From contig CAXBMO010000006.1 in NCBI GenBank assembly GCA_963977015.1, forward strand, positions 32,001 to 96,000: 64,000 bases of DNA. The letters run 5' to 3'. The notes below the pieces were generated by a model. That model did no database searches. It was given only the letters and a program-made list of their open reading frames with translations, and was not told the origin of the DNA. Source of the stretch: an uncultured bacterium. Lineage in GTDB: Bacteria > Verrucomicrobiota > Verrucomicrobiia > Verrucomicrobiales > DEV007. Position numbers and translations under genes: made by a program. This document shows positions 61,296 to 64,000 of this stretch, one piece after another. The first letter of the stretch is position 1; every line of letters begins with the position of its first letter.

Positions 61296-62270
61296 ATGCC
61301 TATTCTTGTAACCGGAGCTGCCGGATTTATCGCCTCCACCGTTTCACGCCTTTTGCTCGAAGAGGGCAAGGAAGTGGTGGCCGTTGACAACCTCAACAAC
61401 GCTTACGATCCCCGCTTGAAGCATCACCGCCTCGAAGCGCTCCGTCAGCACGACAATTTCACCTTCCACGAGCTGGATCTGGAAGACCGCGATTCGCTGA
61501 AGAAGGTCTTCGCGGACAACGAGTTTGAAGCCGTTCTCAATCTCGCCGCCCGCGCCGGAGTCCGCTACAGCATGGAAAATCCCTACGTTTACATGACGAC
61601 CAACGGGATGGGCACGCTCAACATCCTGGAGCTGATGCGCGAATTTGGCGTCAAAAAGCACGTCCTTGCCTCCACCTCATCGCTCTACGCCGGCCAGCCG
61701 ATGCCCTACGTTGAAACGGCACCGGTCAACAGCCCGATTTCGCCCTATGCCGCTTCCAAAAAAGCCGCCGAGGTCATGGCCTACGCCTACAAACACCTTC
61801 ACGGAATCGACTCGACGATCTGCCGCTACTTCACCGTCTACGGCCCTGCCGGACGCCCTGACATGAGCGTCTTCCGCTTCACCCGCTGGATCGACAACGG
61901 CGAGCCCATCATCATGTATGGTGACGGTGAGCAATCCCGCGACTTCACCTACGTCGACGACATCGCCCGGGGCACCATCGCCGCGATGAAACCGCTCGGC
62001 TACGAGATCATCAACCTCGGTGGCGGCCAAAACCCCATCTCGATGAACAAAGTCATCAACATGCTCGAAGATCGCCTCGGCAAAAAAGCCAACGTCAACT
62101 ACCTCGACGAGCACATTGCCGACGTCCGTGAAACCTTCGCCGACATTTCCAAAGCCAAGGAACTCCTCGGTTGGGAACCGCAAATCGGTCTCGAAGAAGG
62201 CCTCGACAAAACCGTCGCCTGGTATCGCGAAAACCACGATCTGGCCTGCGAGTTGGATCTGATGGTTTAG
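61296..62270 (+). CDS. NAD-dependent epimerase (UDP-glucuronate 4-epimerase-like)
   Basis: TGAAGFIA, AARAGVRYS, YAASK, FTVYGPAGRPDM, RDFTYVDDI. Confidence 0.93.
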   Translation: MPILVTGAAGFIASTVSRLLLEEGKEVVAVDNLNNAYDPRLKHHRLEALRQHDNFTFHELDLEDRDSLKKVFADNEFEAVLNLAARAGVRYSMENPYVYMTTNGMGTLNILELMREFGVKKHVLASTSSLYAGQPMPYVETAPVNSPISPYAASKKAAEVMAYAYKHLHGIDSTICRYFTVYGPAGRPDMSVFRFTRWIDNGEPIIMYGDGEQSRDFTYVDDIARGTIAAMKPLGYEIINLGGGQNPISMNKVINMLEDRLGKKANVNYLDEHIADVRETFADISKAKELLGWEPQIGLEEGLDKTVAWYRENHDLACELDLMV

Positions 62271-62614
62271 CCTGAAGACTCGGTTTCAATGATTGCGGCG
62301 ACGTTTTCTCGAAGCGCCGGAATCTTATTGATCACCACGTCCCAGACTACCGAATAGTCTACGCCCTCATAGTTGTGGATCAGGATGTCACGCATCCCGG
62401 CCATGTTCTTCCACTGAACTTCTGGATAGCGTTCCCGAAAATCGTTCGGAAGTTTCTTGGTCGCTTCTCCGATAATTTCGAGGCTGCGGACAAAGGCCCG
62501 TTTGAGCACCTCATGGTGGCCAAAGTGAGCTTCGTCCACGGTTCCTACCTCTTGAATTAAGAAGTCAGACTCGATCAATATATCATTGAGCAGTTCAGGA
62601 ATTGAGGCGGGCAT
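62267..62614 (-). CDS. hepT: HEPN/DUF86 (HepT-like) ribonuclease toxin
   Basis: RSLEIIGEA and GMRDILIHNY (RX4HXY). Confidence 0.92.
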   Translation of the reverse strand: MPASIPELLNDILIESDFLIQEVGTVDEAHFGHHEVLKRAFVRSLEIIGEATKKLPNDFRERYPEVQWKNMAGMRDILIHNYEGVDYSVVWDVVINKIPALRENVAAIIETESSG

Positions 62615-62921
62615 AGCGAACCGTCGGCAAAATGATCCGGGCCTTCCGTTCCGTCAGCGATTCATCGGTCACCAGATCAATGGAACGTCCGAACAGCTCT
62701 TTGAGGAAAAAGTAGAGACTGCAAAGGTTGTCGTAAGTCTTCTTTCCAGGTTGAAATTCAACGTAGACATCAATGTCGCTCTCTTCCGTAGCCTCACCGC
62801 GAGCGAACGATCCAAAAATGCCAAGTTTATCCACTCCCAGGCTCTTAATGTCCTGGGAGTGTTCTTGGAGCAGAAGCAAAGGATCTGCGGAGGTGATCGG
62901 CACAGTGAAGGGTATCATCAT
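62595..62921 (-). CDS. mntA: Minimal nucleotidyltransferase (MntA-like) antitoxin
   Basis: FGSFARGEATEESDIDV (GSX10DXD) and GRSIDLV; overlaps the HEPN gene. Start uncertain. Confidence 0.9.
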   Translation of the reverse strand: MMIPFTVPITSADPLLLLQEHSQDIKSLGVDKLGIFGSFARGEATEESDIDVYVEFQPGKKTYDNLCSLYFFLKELFGRSIDLVTDESLTERKARIILPTVRYARLNS

Positions 62922-63083
62922 GTTGGTGAAGTGCAAAGTTGTCGGCATTTTGCGAATCCTCCCCAAGCCGCCGTCCGAGGTGCTGACAATTAAAGAACTC
63001 CGACCCGACGGATGAACTCCCGCAATTGCATCGAATCTCGACAACGGGCGCAACCCCTGCTCAATCGCGGTGTTTCGTCTCCC

Positions 63084-64000
63084 ATGACTCAGTCAAATTG
63101 GCGGATGCAGCCGCTCGTAGTCGCCCTCCTCCTGGTTTGCACGTGCCATTTCTGCTTCGGCCAGGATCAACCCACGCCCGACGAACGTCTGGCCGGGATC
63201 CTCAAGCGGTTTCCGCAAAGCGACGCCAATCAGGATGGCACCCTCACTCGTGAAGAAGCCGCCGCGTTTTTCCGGAAACGCCGGGAGGGGATGGAGAAGT
63301 CGAACCCAAACCCGGGCCGAAGCCGCGGAAGCGAACCCACTCACGCGGACATTTCCTACGGCGACCACGAAAAGCAGGCGTTCGACATCTGGCTCGTCCC
63401 CGACGCCACCGAACCGACCCCCGTCGTCCTCTTCATTCATGGTGGCGGTTTCCGCAGCGGCGACAAACGCACCGCCGTCCCATCCTTCATCGACAAATGC
63501 TTGAAGGCAGGCGTCGCCTTCGTCGCGATGAACTACCGGCTATCCGACGTTGGGCCCTATCCCATCATGATGGACGACTGCGCCCGCGGACTCCAGACCA
63601 TCCGTCATCGCGCCAAGGAGTGGAATCTGGATCCGGAGAACATCGCCGCCTACGGAGGCTCCGCTGGCGCTGGCATCTCGCTTTGGCTGGGCTTTCACGA
63701 CGATCTCGCCGATCCGGAAAGCGACGACCCGATCGCGCGCGAGTCGACTCGAATTGTCGCGGTTGGAACCATGAACGGGCAATCCACCTATGACCTCAAC
63801 GACTTCCGCGACTGGTTCGGCGTCCCGAATTTGCAGCCCGGTCCGGCTCTGTCCGCCTTCTACGGAATCGAATCCGACGCCGACTGGGAAAGCGAGCGGG
63901 TGAGGAACCTCATGAAGGAAGCCTCCAGCATCAATCATCTCAGCAAAGACGACGTCCCCGTCTACATGATCTACAGCCGTCCCAACACCCCCGTTACTGC
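63084..64000 (+). CDS. Alpha/beta hydrolase (esterase/lipase) with N-terminal EF-hand-like motif, 3'-truncated
   Basis: Translated by hand because it is absent from the ORF track: signal peptide, DANQDGTLTREE, FIHGGGF, GGSAG. Confidence 0.88.
   Translation, partial: MTQSNWRMQPLVVALLLVCTCHFCFGQDQPTPDERLAGILKRFPQSDANQDGTLTREEAAAFFRKRREGMEKSNPNPGRSRGSEPTHADISYGDHEKQAFDIWLVPDATEPTPVVLFIHGGGFRSGDKRTAVPSFIDKCLKAGVAFVAMNYRLSDVGPYPIMMDDCARGLQTIRHRAKEWNLDPENIAAYGGSAGAGISLWLGFHDDLADPESDDPIARESTRIVAVGTMNGQSTYDLNDFRDWFGVPNLQPGPALSAFYGIESDADWESERVRNLMKEASSINHLSKDDVPVYMIYSRPNTPVT

Noticed and set aside
62922-63053. N-terminal extension of the MNT ORF
   Set aside because: MNT proteins are about 100 aa. 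The extension has no motif and occupies the likely divergent promoter region.
1-64000. tRNA, rRNA, CRISPR array, IS transposase or integrase
   Set aside because: None recognised by eye. A covariance-model search (tRNAscan-SE/Infernal) would be needed to exclude small RNAs.

Overview
GC-rich bacterial chromosome segment. The gene content (DUF1592/DUF1552 pair, DUF1501, sulfatases, PVC-type cytochromes, giant autotransporter-repeat adhesin) points to the PVC superphylum, most likely Verrucomicrobia; this is an inference. It encodes a 5'-truncated giant adhesin with PA14-like and malectin-like modules, several polysaccharide-degrading genes, a pst operon with two pstB genes set divergently to an arsR / arsR-arsC / arsC cluster, and a pentaheme cytochrome operon. 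Conflict and defence modules are scattered through it: AbiEi/AbiEii, a convergent pair of signal-peptide-bearing caspase-clan proteases (C14-DUF4384 and TPR-CHAT) with an adjacent lipoprotein, NUDIX plus a SauUSI-like PLD-helicase-DUF3427, a Roc-less LRR protein and MNT-HEPN. The most notable signals are the apparently exported caspase/CHAT pair sharing Arg-Gly motifs, two related ArsR-type palindromes in front of the pst genes, an AbiEii with an unusual basic C-terminal extension, and degenerate integron-cassette-like boundaries. No rRNA, tRNA, CRISPR array, transposase or integrase was recognised. All family calls come from motif recognition by eye, not database searches.
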